This document shows, piece by piece, positions 38,578-53,672 of a DNA stretch of 64,000 nucleotides. The notes below the pieces were generated by a model. The model saw only the letters and a program-made list of their open reading frames with translations. It was not told the origin of the DNA and made no database searches. Within the stretch, counting starts at the first letter, position 1. Each line of letters opens with the position of its first letter. The DNA lies in the NCBI RefSeq assembly GCF_006345805.1, contig NC_042998.1:19034001-19098000 (forward strand), in the 5' to 3' direction. The stretch is from Octopus sinensis. Its lineage: Eukaryota. Position numbers and translations under genes: made by a program.

Positions 38578-39297
38578 TGTGTGTGTGTGTATATATCTAC
38601 ATACATATATATTATTTATATTATTAGTTAATTGAAAGCCATGCATCCATTTCCAAATAAGTATATATATATATTTGTGTGTGTGTGTGTGTGTTTTATG
38701 TGTATATATATATATATATATATATGCATACATAAATATAAGTTTAAAAATTTATCATTACCATCATTAATGATAATAATGATAATAATAAAGTGGCTTG
38801 CAAGTTTACACCTTTATAGGTGTAATATAAACATAATTCATCAGGGTATTAAAGTTCCAATTACCATAAACAGAGCGATCGCACTAGAAGAGCAAATTAC
38901 TCACTATTAAAATACACACAGCGAATGCAACAAACGTAACAGAAATAAGCTTCCTTTGTATGAACAACAGATATAAGGAATGCGTATATTCCGGGATCAA
39001 TCGATTTCACTTTCTGTAGGAAAAATATACTGAATTATATCAGTCGGACTTACCGTTACAACATCTATTTCTGAAGAGTTCATCACATTACATTGTGTGT
39101 GTTCTTACATTTGAATGGCCCAGCAACATTCCAAATAGAACATAACGTGAGCCAGTATAATATAAAATTAATTACAAGGTAGGCCTATTTCTGTTATGAT
39201 TGTTGCATTCGCCGAGTGCACTTTAATAGTAATTTGTGGTTTTAGAGCGATAGCTCTGTTCATAGCAAGTCGTATTTTAATACCCCACTGCAATTTA

Positions 39298-39366
<69 letters not shown>

Positions 39367-39658
39367 ATATATATATATATATTTTGTTTTATTTCGAAAA
39401 TATGTATATGCATTGATGGGAAACCTCTATGAATGGCTGATGATTGCTCAACATTTTAAAACTGGTGTAATATTTACAATGTTCAATAAAATGATGTAGC
39501 GTGAAACGATCGTACCAAATTACCGAAGATATTCTTGTTGCTTATTTTGATTATAATCACCCTATGGATTTATATAGATAACACCATAAAAAATTCTGGT
39601 GCATCTAACTTAAGTACCATATTCATTTGAATCTAAATTTTGCTGAACTTATATATAC

Positions 39659-39694
<36 letters not shown>

Positions 39695-40129
39695 ATAGGA
39701 TTCTATGAATCTTGTGAAATAAATAATTATTGTTTCTCCTTTGTTTTCTACTCGTTTAAATCGCTGAACTGTGGCAACACCCGGGCACAGTCTTAAAGGC
39801 ATTCGATCAAATGTATTTGTTCATATTCCAAACCAGTGCTTATTCTGTCAGTATCTTATGTCAGTACCGGTTGTCAAGCGGTGGACACACACAAATCCAC
39901 CCATCCCTCCATCTATACATACATGCTTACAGACATAATCTCTTGACGATATGGCAATCCCTTAATGATATTGTTAGATTACAAGATAACGTTCATCTCA
40001 GTGCTTCATTCATATTTGATTGAATCGAAAAACCTTGCCAAATTACCAGTTGCTATAGTGAATGACATTGCAAGGCAGATCACAACATAGTCCATATAAT
40101 TGTTATATGAACACCTATTCTTATAAACT

Positions 40130-40790
40130 TAATGAAGCTAATAACAAGCCTATTCCAAGATGATAGTTGTTTGCTCTGGAGTGATTCCTTTGTCAGTCCT
40201 GTAAACAAAATTGGAAGCTTACATGCTTGGATATGCAGTAAGGAATAGAATTTATGTCATGCATACTTTATTTGTTAATAAATTAAAGTTGTAATTTTGT
40301 AGTATGATGAACATCAAAATACAATTAGAACTAGTCACAGCAATCTCACGAGATATAGGAATTGAGTATGGGCAAGATAAATGCTCATACGTAATAGTCA
40401 ATCAAGGAATAATTGTCGATGAGGCAAGGAACATGTACGTCAACGGCACGTCTGTCTCGTGTATGAACGCTGCAAGCACTTCGAAGTGATAGGGATGTTG
40501 CATACGTTGGTGCAGTTAGCAAAGTCAGAATAACAAAAGAATACTTCTGAAAACTCCGGAAAACATGGCACCCGATGCTATCTGAATTTCACAAGACAAT
40601 ATCACACAATGCAGTTGCAGTACCAGTACAAGTACCAACATTTGAGATAATACGCTGGACAATCGATGAGATACACAGCCTGTTCATCAAAACCAGAAAA
40701 GTACTGACTAATACTGCCAACTTTCGCATTAACAAGGTAACCGATAGGATTTATGTGAGCTAGAAGCGTAAGATCAGTCCAATATTCCCT
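40130..40790 (+). mobile_element. R4-clade non-LTR retrotransposon RT remnant
   Basis: HTLFVNKLKL* (cf. HLLFVDDLKLY), LELVTAISRDIGIEYGQDKC (cf. FS.DI..EFG.DKC), NAVAVPV..RWTIDEI..KTRKVLT..DRIYV. Confidence 0.75.
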
Positions 40791-42914
40791 TGAATGTTGA
40801 TTTCACAGGCAAGGCACACTTAGATATATTTACACTCAAATCTTTTTTTTTTTTTTCATATTTACACCTACACGCTCTCACGTATTAAACTTAATTAGTA
40901 TCATCCCGAAATAATCACTTCACCAAAATCTAGCTTTTGGTGAAATGATGTAAATTAGTTAAAATTTCTCAAGTTTTGGTTTTTTACGCGTAATTTACAT
41001 AATGTTCGGGAAGGAATTTCTCAATGATTGGAATTTTTTCTGCTTTGTGGGTGCATTTACCGATAAGACATTACAATTTCTGAATGAAAGTTTAACCATG
41101 TAAGAAACAAGGAAACGGTTTTGCTTCAGGATTTTTAATGAAATTCTTTTCTTCATAAAACATTTTCGTCAATTTCGGTGCTTGAGTTTTATATTTCAAC
41201 CAATTTAGTAGACAAGTAAATTCTGCATGTCCCTCCCAGCAAAAAGGAAAGGAAAAATTATTATATACATCCCTGTCTATATATATGTTTCTGTCTGTGT
41301 GCGTACGTGTGTGTATATGTGAATGTGTGTGTGTATTTGTGTGTGTCTTTATGTCTGTCTGTGTAGAAATTTATACGAAGAAAAATAGGGATTATATAAT
41401 AAAGTAACACAAGCATGTTAGAATTAGAATGATCGTTTAATTGACTATATTACGTCACAGTTGTGCGCCATTGTTTTGTCTCTTCCTAGTCGATGAAAAT
41501 ATATAAAATTCTTTTAGATATAAACACGAATAATCACACTTCAACGAAAATCCCTCACTAAACGTAACATCAGAAACCTTCGCATGTGTATGTGCGTGTG
41601 TATGTGTGTGTGTGTGTGTACGTGTGTGTGTGTGTGTGTAACTGAGAGATCAAATGAAATTTGTGAGGTGGAGTTTAGTGGATTAAATCGACCTCAGAGC
41701 TTAACTGGTACTTATTTCATCTACTAGTTAGTATTCTCCAGAAGGACCGCAGACAAACTCAGCATCACGAAATTTGAAGCTCGTTTAGCTCATCATATCT
41801 ATATCGTGATTTCAGAGATATTTACTTTATGAATGCTGGAAGAATGAAAATTTCGCAATTAAATTCTATGATAAATTTTTTGCGACCCTTTCACGATTCT
41901 ATTTATCTACCTTTCTTACTAATAAAATTACGAGTTAGGAAACAAAAATAACTATACGAATTAAATTTTTTTTATTATGGTGCCTCATTGAAGTATAGAG
42001 AAATAGGTTCCATTAGCGTAATAGAAAGTATCCACAATTTCACCATATCCTGAATTAATATAAACATTATATTCGATAAACATAAAAAGCATCTATGTTT
42101 ACGATTTCTAAATCAAATAAAGTTGAGACGTTCACATCAAACAATTCTATTAGAAGCATAAGTGAAATGAAAATACGCCAGAACCTATAGGGACCATAAT
42201 ACACACTAGCTACATCAAGTGGAGAAATACTGCAGTAAAAAGATAACAATTTGATTTGTATTTACTTCTTGTTGTATATCCTTCACTGCCATTTTCTCCC
42301 GTGTCTGTTTCCAAGAAATATCGCTGTGCAACGGAAATCAATACGGATTCAAGACGTACAAACTCCTTCCTACGCTTATAAAAAGAAAGAGAAATGTGTC
42401 AGCCAGTTTTAGTTGTCTTACTTGAAGTTCAGTATAATTTATTGTACTACTGCGTTAAACGCTCCGTATAGAGTGGTTTGTCTTTGCTTCTATTGCAATA
42501 ATATAAAGGGAATGTCTACGTAGTGTACGAACACACTTGAAATATGACCAGAATCGCCCTGAAGTCACACTCAAATTTATCAACAACAAAGCACGACTGC
42601 TTTATTGAGGATATCATTATAGATTCTAGACTGGTGATAGAGGAGGGATAAAGCCGCAAAAAATATTTGATCACATACCTTCACAGTTAAGAGCTGCATT
42701 GGTGTAAACAAGAGCAGCATTAGCATAAATCTGTGATAAAAAAAAAGAGAAATATCTCCATATCACTTATCGGCTTCGCCACCTTCGACTCATTCCCCTA
42801 TTGCGCGTGGGAGATGCCATTTCTCATAACTTAATAAACACACACACGCACACACGTTCACTCTCTCCCCGCACAACACGTATTGATTCTCCTATTCTTT
42901 TCTTTTAATATTTT

Positions 42915-43158
42915 CCTTGTTTCAGTCCTTTGACTGCGGCTATGCTGGGGTTCCGCCTTAAAGGGTTTTAGTCGAAAAAGTCAAAACCCTGACATATTCA
43001 TTGTAAGCCTAGTACATATTTTATCGTTCTCTTTAGCCGAACCACTAATTTGCAGGTATTGAAACATAGTAAGATCAGTTGTCAAGTGATGTTGGGGGGG
43101 ACAAACTCACACAGAAATACACACACACACACATAAATACATACATACATACATACAT

Positions 43159-43241
<83 letters not shown>

Positions 43242-43274
43242 TGGATTTGGTAGACGGAAACTGAAACAAACCAG

Positions 43275-43318
<44 letters not shown>

Positions 43319-43455
43319 CTGGTTTCTTTCAGTTCCATCTACCAAATCCACTTAGAAAGCAAGAGTACAAGATACTTACTTTTGGTGCCACGCAGTGGGG
43401 CTGAGTCCGGAAACATGTGGTTAAGAAGAAAGCTTCTTACCATACACCCACGCCT
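42915..43455 (-). mobile_element. SINE family F2 on minus strand, interrupted by microsatellites, with a short inverted duplication at ~43241-43351
   Basis: Reverse complements of the F2 head (43380-43455) and tail (42915-43110). Confidence 0.7.
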
Positions 43456-43701
43456 GCTCCAAGCCACCAGGAACAGCAGTGGTCCCAATAGGCACTTCAT
43501 TCTCTATTACTGTCTCCTTGGACAGTAATATGTGTCTATAAATTTATAATGATTATATGTCTAAATACCCACACAAGCACGCCTACGCACACACATACAC
43601 ACATACACACACACATATATATACATGCATATAATAATTTTTTGAGTAATGAGATAAAAAAACCAAGGTTGTATAGATATTGGAGCATTTATGGATAGAA
43701 A

Positions 43702-43753
43702 GTCTTACAGCTGTTTCTAGAATATTAATTAATAATATCCCTTCATCGGAGAC
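43702..43753 (-). ncRNA. Minimal hammerhead-like motif, U4C core variant
   Basis: Minus strand: GTCT-CCGATGA-A-GGGATA..TATTCT-A-GAAAC-AGCT-GTA-AGAC. Confidence 0.6.
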
Positions 43754-44119
43754 GGTGTGAGATGAAAATTAAGTCATAGTTAGTTTCGATGTGATACAAA
43801 TAGAGAGTTAGATGGAGGAAAGAAAATAGACGTAAGATATGTATGGGTATTGAATTCGTAAATCCGTTTTATAGGCATAATGGTATATATGCAATATTCC
43901 AATATCCTTTGAGTAAAATCCAAAAGTCCAACACAGTTTAAAATGAGTCCATTGAAATATAGAGTTTATAAGCAATGAAGGATTCTCTTAAACTTGGTCA
44001 TTCCCAGAATGGAATTTATATATATACACACATATATGAACATGCATATATATATACACATACTTTTGAATCCATTATACAGACATATACATATACTTTT
44101 ATTCTTTTATTTTCTATAT

Positions 44120-45510
<1,391 letters not shown>

Positions 45511-45978
45511 AAGAAGACACACAAACACACAGATATATACATATGTATTGTTGTTTTTTTTCTGTATTGTTACCTTTAACCATGTTTTTTGTTGTGCTTG
45601 TGCGAATATAGACGTATGTATGAACCTTTACGGTACGCGTGTGTGCGTATGAGTTTGTATATATATGCGTATACATTTGACGAAAAATGCGAGTGAATAT
45701 GTGTACGTTTTCATAGTGACGTATACGTACGCACATGGATGTACGAGCGCACATGTGAGTGTATGAGTAGCGATGCTTACGTGTTTACTATGAACCTTTA
45801 ACCTTAATTTATATAAGAAGCGGAATTATAACACAGTAATTTCCCTTTGAATAACGGTATTTTTTCATAGCGTTTTTCACATGGCCAGATAACCGAAGAA
45901 TGGTGTTGTGGATTTACACTTCGGCATCCGAAACTGAGAGTTTTATCTTGGCTATTGATTAATGGTAACATATTAATT

Positions 45979-46041
<63 letters not shown>

Positions 46042-46689
46042 AGTGACTGAAAAGGTTTTACTGTCAAAAGGTAATTTTTATATCAAACTTAACGTGGATG
46101 TCTTGTTAGATCACAGGATAATACGCTATTTTCCTTGAAAGATCCTTCCATATCTGTACTTGCTGCATAAAATAACACGCATATATCGAAGCAGAGGAGC
46201 ACCGATTCTCATAGTCACCGGAACCTTTAGACACATAAGTGTCTGAAAAGATATTGATGCACTATATATCGTGACATCGAGAGATGACTAGTATGCCGTA
46301 ACTGAACGCCTTCCAATGACGATTTCCAGCTAAGTGAAGACGTGTTATGTGGGGTTCCAGTGTCCATGACAGACGATTCTCGTCTGATATGATGTATGTG
46401 TGCTTTTATAAGAAAAATATAAAACTCCAGACGTTTTTTGAAGTCTCCTTAACTGCCGTTGATAGGGAATCAGTTCTTGGCCAAACGTAGGCCTATTTCG
46501 CAATATCTACAGCTTAACAACTTAATTAAAGACACGGAGATATGAAACAGCGTGACGGTGAAGCACTACACCTCCGGAGCAGCATGAGGTTTTCCTCTGC
46601 CAAATTATATATCATGAGAGTACTTTTTTTCTCTAGTTTCAGCTCAGAGCTGCGGCCATATGGTGCACCGCCGTTTAAAAATGGCATTC

Positions 46690-46975
46690 CGTAGCTTACG
46701 ACGACGAGGGTTCCACTTTATCCGATCAACGGAACAGCTTGCTCGTGAGATTACCGTGCAAGTGGCTGAGCATTCCACAGACACGCGTACCCTTTCACAT
46801 ACTTCTCAGGGAGATTCACCATGACTCAGAGTGTAACAAGGCTGGTCCCTTGAAATACGGGTACTATGTTTGCCAGCTGATTGGACTGGAGCACCGTGAA
46901 ATAAAGTGTCTTGATCAAGAACACACCACGCCGCCGGGAATCGAACTCGCGACCCTACACTCGCGAGCCGAGTAT
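46690..46975 (-). mobile_element. SINE family F3, minus strand
   Basis: Reverse complement of the F3 tail (GTGCTCAGCCACTTGCACG..GATCGGATAAAGTGGAACCCTCGTCGTCGTAAG) and a tRNA-like head. Confidence 0.75.
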
Positions 46976-47049
46976 TGTTCAAGACAAAGAAAAAAGTGCC
47001 GGCTTATGTGTGAACTTCCAAACAATTCAAATAAAATTAAACATTTATA

Positions 47050-47458
47050 GGCGTAGGAGTGGCTGTGTGGTAAGTAGCTTGCTTACCAACCACATGGTTC
47101 CGGGTTCAGTCCCACTGCGTGGCACCTTGGGCAAGTCTCTTCTACTATAGCCTCGGGCCGACCAAAGCCTTGTGAGTGGATTTGGTAGATGGAAACTGAA
47201 AGAAGCCCATCGTATATATGTATATATATGTATGTGTGTATAAGTTTGTGTGTCTGTGTTTGTCCCCCCAACATCGCTTGACAACCGATGCTGGTGTGTT
47301 TACGTCCCCGTAACTTACCGGTTCGGCAAAAGAGACCGGTAGAATAAGTACTAGGCTTACAAAGAATAAGTCCTGGAGTCGATTTGCTCGACCAAATGCG
47401 GTGCTCCAGCATGGTCACAGTCACATGACTGAAACAAGTAAAAGAGTAAAGAGAGAGT
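47050..47458 (+). mobile_element. SINE family F2, full length
   Basis: Head, central microsatellite and tail all present. Confidence 0.9.
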
Positions 47459-48779
47459 ATCTGAAACGCCCAGCTCTACCTGCATTGATATTAGCTGCTG
47501 TGGAGTAAAGCATCGTCTATCTTACGATGTATTTTTCAATGCTTTGATAACAATGAAATAAGCATCGACACGTTTTGCTCATATATTTTAGAAATATAAT
47601 TACAATAGAACAAATTGCTCTTTATAGAATTTCTTTACCTTACTTATAATCTAAATTGCAAAAGCTAATATGTTAAGCTTCTTGGGGCATTTTATGAATT
47701 ACATTTTCGTAGCTATATATTTCGTGTGCACAGATGGTATTTAAGATATATACGGATACAAGACGTTATATGAAAAATAATATATATATATTAATTATGT
47801 AATAAAAGTATGTTATAAATCATTGAAGTATGTATATTATTAGTATTTCTTATAAATCTTTCATGTAGCTTATATATATGTGGAATGTCTGAAAGCAAAA
47901 TCCTGGAAATTGATATAGAGTTGCTGTTATATAATTTAAGTTAGAACAAAACGCATATTATACCTGTATATAAATACTCACATACCCACGCACACGCACA
48001 CATACGCATATACACGCACTGTACCTATATGCTTACGTGTGTGGAACTATGTGTGTATGCGTGTATATCTGTGTCTATATAAATTTAGATATACAGAAAT
48101 TATGAGAGAGGGAGAGAGAGAGACGAAATGAAGGAAGATGACTTGATGACTTTGTATTACCAGAACCACGACAGCATCCGAGAATGTCTCGTATCATCTG
48201 TTTTCTTCAATGAGTTTTATATTAAGTCCTTCGATCTCTACGACAAAGTCTTACGAACGTAACAGACTTTGAATCCCAAATAACACAGAATAATGCAAGG
48301 TGACCTTCGTGCCATACACACCAAACGAACCACTGTCCTTCACTTTTATATTTATACCTTCTGAATGCCCATTGCCGCTTTCATTTGAGGGATTAAAATA
48401 GGATGAAGGAAAGCAACTTTACAACATAACTGTCAATAGAAATAGTTCAGCTGAGAAAAGAGATAAGCATGTAAGAGCTCTGGATTTTCGAGAGCAGTTT
48501 TATCAGGAGATAAATTATAGAAAAGAAAATGAAAACTACAATAAGATGTAGTGGTAGCCCATAACTATAGCATTCTGACCACAGAGAAATGATCGAAAAT
48601 GAAAGTATATTACACAGGGTATAAAAATAGCAAAATCCAACGCAAAGGAATATGTGTATAAAATCTCTACGTGTTACGCATGGAGAAAAATTGTGGAGAT
48701 AAACGCTTAAACTGGTATTTTAATCACATACACATGCACACACATATGCACACATACATGCACACGCACACAAGCAGAT

Positions 48780-48780
48780 G

Positions 48781-48812
<32 letters not shown>

Positions 48813-48961
48813 TGTATGTATGTATGTATATATATATATAATATATATATATATATCTGTGTATATATATATATATATATATCATATATGTATATATAGA
48901 GAGAGAGAAACAGACAGACGGACAGACAGAAAGATGGATGGATAGATAGATAGATAAATAA

Positions 48962-48993
<32 letters not shown>

Positions 48994-49045
48994 GTACGTA
49001 GGTACGTAGGCAGGCAGGTAGGTAGGTAGGTAGATAGATAGGTAG
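48780..49045 (+). repeat. Compound microsatellite (TATG/TA/GA/GACA/GATG/GATA/GGTA)
   Basis: Direct reading of the sequence. Confidence 0.95.
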
Positions 49046-51145
49046 GTAGTTAGGTATTCGTAGTGTTACACCATGTTCCAGATTTTGTTCTATTATACAA
49101 TATAACTAGCTCTTAGTGAATGGCGCCTACAAGGAAAGATGGAAAATAGAAATGGCGGAATATGATGTGTCGTATGGGAAGTAGGTGAACCCGGGCAATG
49201 AAAATTACCGGTTGAACAAAGCAGATACTATACAGGCAAATGATTACATGATCGAAAAGAAACAAAACAGAAGTGATAGGATGAGGAAATATCCTACTAG
49301 ATGACGCTCCTGGTCGAGACGGAAGTAGGCGTAAAAAATCGGTAAGGGAAAACCTTGTACATTAATCTCAGTCATCTGATTGGAAACATTTAATTTCATA
49401 GAAATCAATAGGATTGCAATTGAATAGAATTACAGATCCACTATTTATTGAAGCTACGAAAAGGGGGTAATCCTTTTGAGTGCTAAGAGCGGTGTTCTCT
49501 TACACTTCTAACAGTACGTACACGGCACTAGCAAGACTCCTTCTTACCAGACTGTGAAAATTGTAGAATATATGTTGTTCACGGTTCGGAAATAAAGACA
49601 TGAGCAGAGCATGCTCAGAATTCTCTAGAAATCTCCGTACCGTCACTGAGTGAAATAGAATGTGCCAAACACTGTTCTTCCCTTCGGAATTCGTGACACT
49701 ATTACGGTATATTAATACGCTTATAATTTTCTACAACCACTGTGAGACGCCAGTTGTCAAATGTTAATTAATGTGATATTATCACAATCTGATTACAAAA
49801 ATCTGAAGTGAAAATTGTGTGAGTCATCTGCTGAGAAGGGCATGACATTTGAAAGTGCATAAGACAAACAGAGATGATACAAACTACGAGCGATAACAGA
49901 GAAAATTGAGCTAATATCGCAGAGTGATCATAAAAATTCAAGCTAAGGAATTTGTTCCTGTCAGGTCTAAATTTGCTTACTGAACGGAAAAAAACATATT
50001 TTAGTTACTTTGGAAATTTCTGCCCGGGTCTACACGTGAAGTATTTCAGCATTGTTTGAAAAAGTGGGCCATGCTTTCAGCATTTCAAAGCCCCAGTAAT
50101 GTAATTCAAACTTTCGTAAGAGGATGTGTCCTAAAGTTTCAAGCAGTGAATTTTGAAACCGACCATGTAAGAATTACAAAACATGAATTCAATTACGCGA
50201 TGATCTAAAAATAGCCAACGTATTTATTATCAACAATCTGTCTATTAAATGAACAGAAACCGTGCGCAGGAGAGAGGACCTCAGGATTAACAGAATCCCT
50301 TTGGAAAATTGTAGTGATATATGGTATAGGTTTTACTCCAAGAAGCCCATAATGATATTAGGCAAGACGATAACGCAGCTGACTTGGATGAAGAGCCGGA
50401 AGAGAATATAAATGGATAATACACAATTATTAGCTGGTGGAGATTGCAAGCAAGAGGGTTGAACGTTTGGCTTGAATACAGATGCTTTTAGTTAAAAAGA
50501 AAATCATTTAATCGAACACGTAGGAAAACTACTGAAAGTAATCTATTACACACAAAAAAATCATAATAGGCCTTGAGGATATATATAGAAGTAGAAGTGT
50601 TTAAATATGGATGTGTATATGAAATTGGCGAACGTGCGGTATGTGGAGTTCCATTGACTTCTGTCTATATGTTCATGCTAGGTCACGCAAATGGAGAGTT
50701 TTTTTTAAGTTTTGTAACAGAGCGCTACACCAGACGATAGAGACCATTTTATGTCCAGATAACATGGATTTTATGAAGATTAGTGTCATAGCAGTTAATA
50801 TTGGAAAATCGCTTTTCAAGTTATATGTAGAGTTTGATAAAGTATAAAGGCATTGTTTCTGTTGATGAATGTAATCACCGATAAAGTCTTACATCGTATC
50901 ACGATGACATTTTGATTCTTTTCTGATTACATGGTTTCGCTCTTCAAACAAGTGGGATATGATAAATATTTCCTGTTCTATCTTAGGAATTTCATCGGTT
51001 CAGTGACCTATCTGTTCATTAGATTTTACCACATAGAAGAAGAAAGGTAATCCACCGCTGTTTCTTGGGCCCTTAGTACCAATTGCTTAGGAGGAACAGA
51101 AGTATGGTTATGGACTGAAAAAGGAAATGGATGTACATACATAAC

Positions 51146-51194
<49 letters not shown>

Positions 51195-52651
51195 TAATAT
51201 ATGCGTCTGTGTGTTTGTAAGCGTGTGCGTGCGAGCACGTTTGTGTGTGTCTGTGTGTTTGTATGTAAAATATAATTCATAATCATCATATTGGCACACT
51301 CACACACACATATGTAACACAATCACAAACAGGCACACGCATACACACAGAACAACTTTTTATACTTTCTGTATACACGCACGCATACAGAAACACAGAT
51401 ACGTACACATACAGGCTCACATACACATATACACAAATACACACATACAAACAGGTACGGACATACATAGAAAACAATAAATTTTATAATTCCTGCTCAC
51501 AAATGGACACGCAAAATGAAATTAGCTTTCGTCGTCATCTCAGAGACTCGATGTGCGAAATTGTACGTGACTTTTTTTCATTTTCAAATTCTAAATAAAT
51601 CTTTTTAAAAAGTTGGCCGAAGCATATTGTCCCCTTTTTCAATCATAAAAATCCAAATATTTTCGAATAAAAGAAAAAAGAAATTATGTAAATTGTAAAT
51701 TTAAAATATTTTTTAAATTGTAATTTTTTTCATTCCAAATCTTAAGTTTCCAAGTTGGAAGCTTACAAATTCGACACTAGTATCGGAAAGTCTAAAAATG
51801 GATTATGCTGTCATATTTTGGCTATACTTATATAATAACTATACATAATATATTGAAAGAAAAGTATATAATAAGAATATTATAACTACATATTTTCTTG
51901 GTGTCGTTAATATCTTTTAACTGTAATTTACTGATTAATTATATCATACTGTGCTTCAATAAGCTTAGCTTTCCGAGTGCGTTGTGTGAACGTACTGATT
52001 ACATATCAAAAATATAACTAACCCAATTGCAATTTTCGAAAGAAAAAAATCTTTTGTGAGAAATAACACATAGTGAGAAATTAAGAAGCATCAAACATCA
52101 TAAGTTTTGAATGGGCAAACAGAAGATTGCTCAAGATCACTATCTGTGTGAAGGTAGTAATTTTGTAACACATAGCGTATTGAGAATTATATAGTCCGTT
52201 ATGTTGTGACATTTTGTTAATTACAATATTGAAGAAGGAGGAGGACACGTTGGTAAAAACCGTTCCCTTTGACAGAGTAGCATAGACTCCTAGATTGCGG
52301 TCGACAGTTCAGAAACTCCAAGCATATGTGCTCTAAATTAATTCCAAACAACTCAATTAATTTTCAAGAGAAGATGTTCATATGTACATTAACCTATCTG
52401 AGGACGATGAATCGTTATATGATATTCAGATGTTCTGCTTCTAATATCGAATACTGCGCCTTATTTTGAACATAGATCACATTTATTCTAGAAAATATGA
52501 CTCTGTGTCAGAGCAATATACTTAAAATTGTTTTGATGTGTGGAAACATTCCATTGGAATGTTGATATATTTATTTCCAGGACAGCACTGATCTTGTGAA
52601 GGAAGTCTTACTCATATAACTTTTCTCTAAATATATCCAACGTGCATTTCG

Positions 52652-52725
<74 letters not shown>

Positions 52726-53060
52726 GTTAAAAAAAACACAAACTGGGACAAGAACGTGAAACATTTTGAAGACGATAAAAAAACACACAGACGGGACTTT
52801 CGAAGCTCTCAGTCATCAGTCAAGAACCAGATCATCTTCGCAATTTCGGCTGATTAATCTTGAGATTGCTCCAATCTGGGCAGCCCGCCAAGGAAATCTA
52901 AGCCAGTCGCATTAGATTCCTTGGAAGAAAACCTCGAAAGTATACAACACGGTGACGGAAAAACGGACGATGTTACTCGAAAAAAATTCAAAAATACGTA
53001 AAAACAATAACGATAGCACGGATAAAAATACAAAATAACGTAAAAACAATAATATATATA

Positions 53061-53109
<49 letters not shown>

Positions 53110-53113
<4 letters not shown>

Positions 53114-53672
53114 GATGTCCGGAAAGTTCGTGCCGATTTGTAGTAGCTTACCTTCCGACTTATTTTAGAACATGGTTGAGTCCATAAAATAGGATTTGAC
53201 TACACCTCCATTTAAAGCAGAGTTTAAGCTATCTTTTCGTGGAAGAGGTTTTATATTCCTATAAACTGTGTTAATTCTGCACGCTTTAAAATGGAAGATA
53301 AGAAAGTTCATTTTCGGCACTTGATGCTTTGGGAACCAGACCAAAATTGCTGCAGCTCGGCTGGGATGTGTTACCCCATCCTCCATATTCACCAGATTTC
53401 TCCTTTGGATTTCTACTTATTCAGGTGTCTACAGAATAGTCTTAATGGTAAAAATTACAATTCCTTGGATGACGTAAAAATATACCTTGATGAATTCTTT
53501 GCCATGAAACCACCTCAATTCTGGGAAGAGGGTATTTTCAAGTTAAAAGAGAAACGGAGACGCATCGTGCAACAAAATGGTTCATATTTGGTTGATTAAA
53601 AATGTAATGGCAAGTATTTATTGACCTTTTTCTTTCCTTTAAAAATCGGCACGAACTTTCCGAGCAACCCAA
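53110..53672 (+). mobile_element. Internally deleted mariner, 563 bp, with TIRs and TA duplication
   Basis: TIRs TTGGGATGTCCGGAAAGTTCGTGCCGATTT and (reverse complement) TTGGGTTGCTCGGAAAGTTCGTGCCGATTT, TA on both sides. N-terminal MEDKKVHFRHLMLWE is joined to C-terminal GWDVLPHPPYSPD / DFYLFRCLQNSL..WEEGIFKL. Confidence 0.92.

Noticed and set aside
50987-51046. Possible 60 bp exon (TCTTAG|...AAAG|GTAAT; NFIGSVTYLFIRFYHIEEE)
   Set aside because: No recognisable homology or partner exons; such splice-like flanks occur by chance.
52790-52825. Minus-strand CTGATGA..GAAAGTC (related copy at ~29590-29620)
   Set aside because: No stem I pairing and no stem III partner, so it does not fold as a hammerhead.
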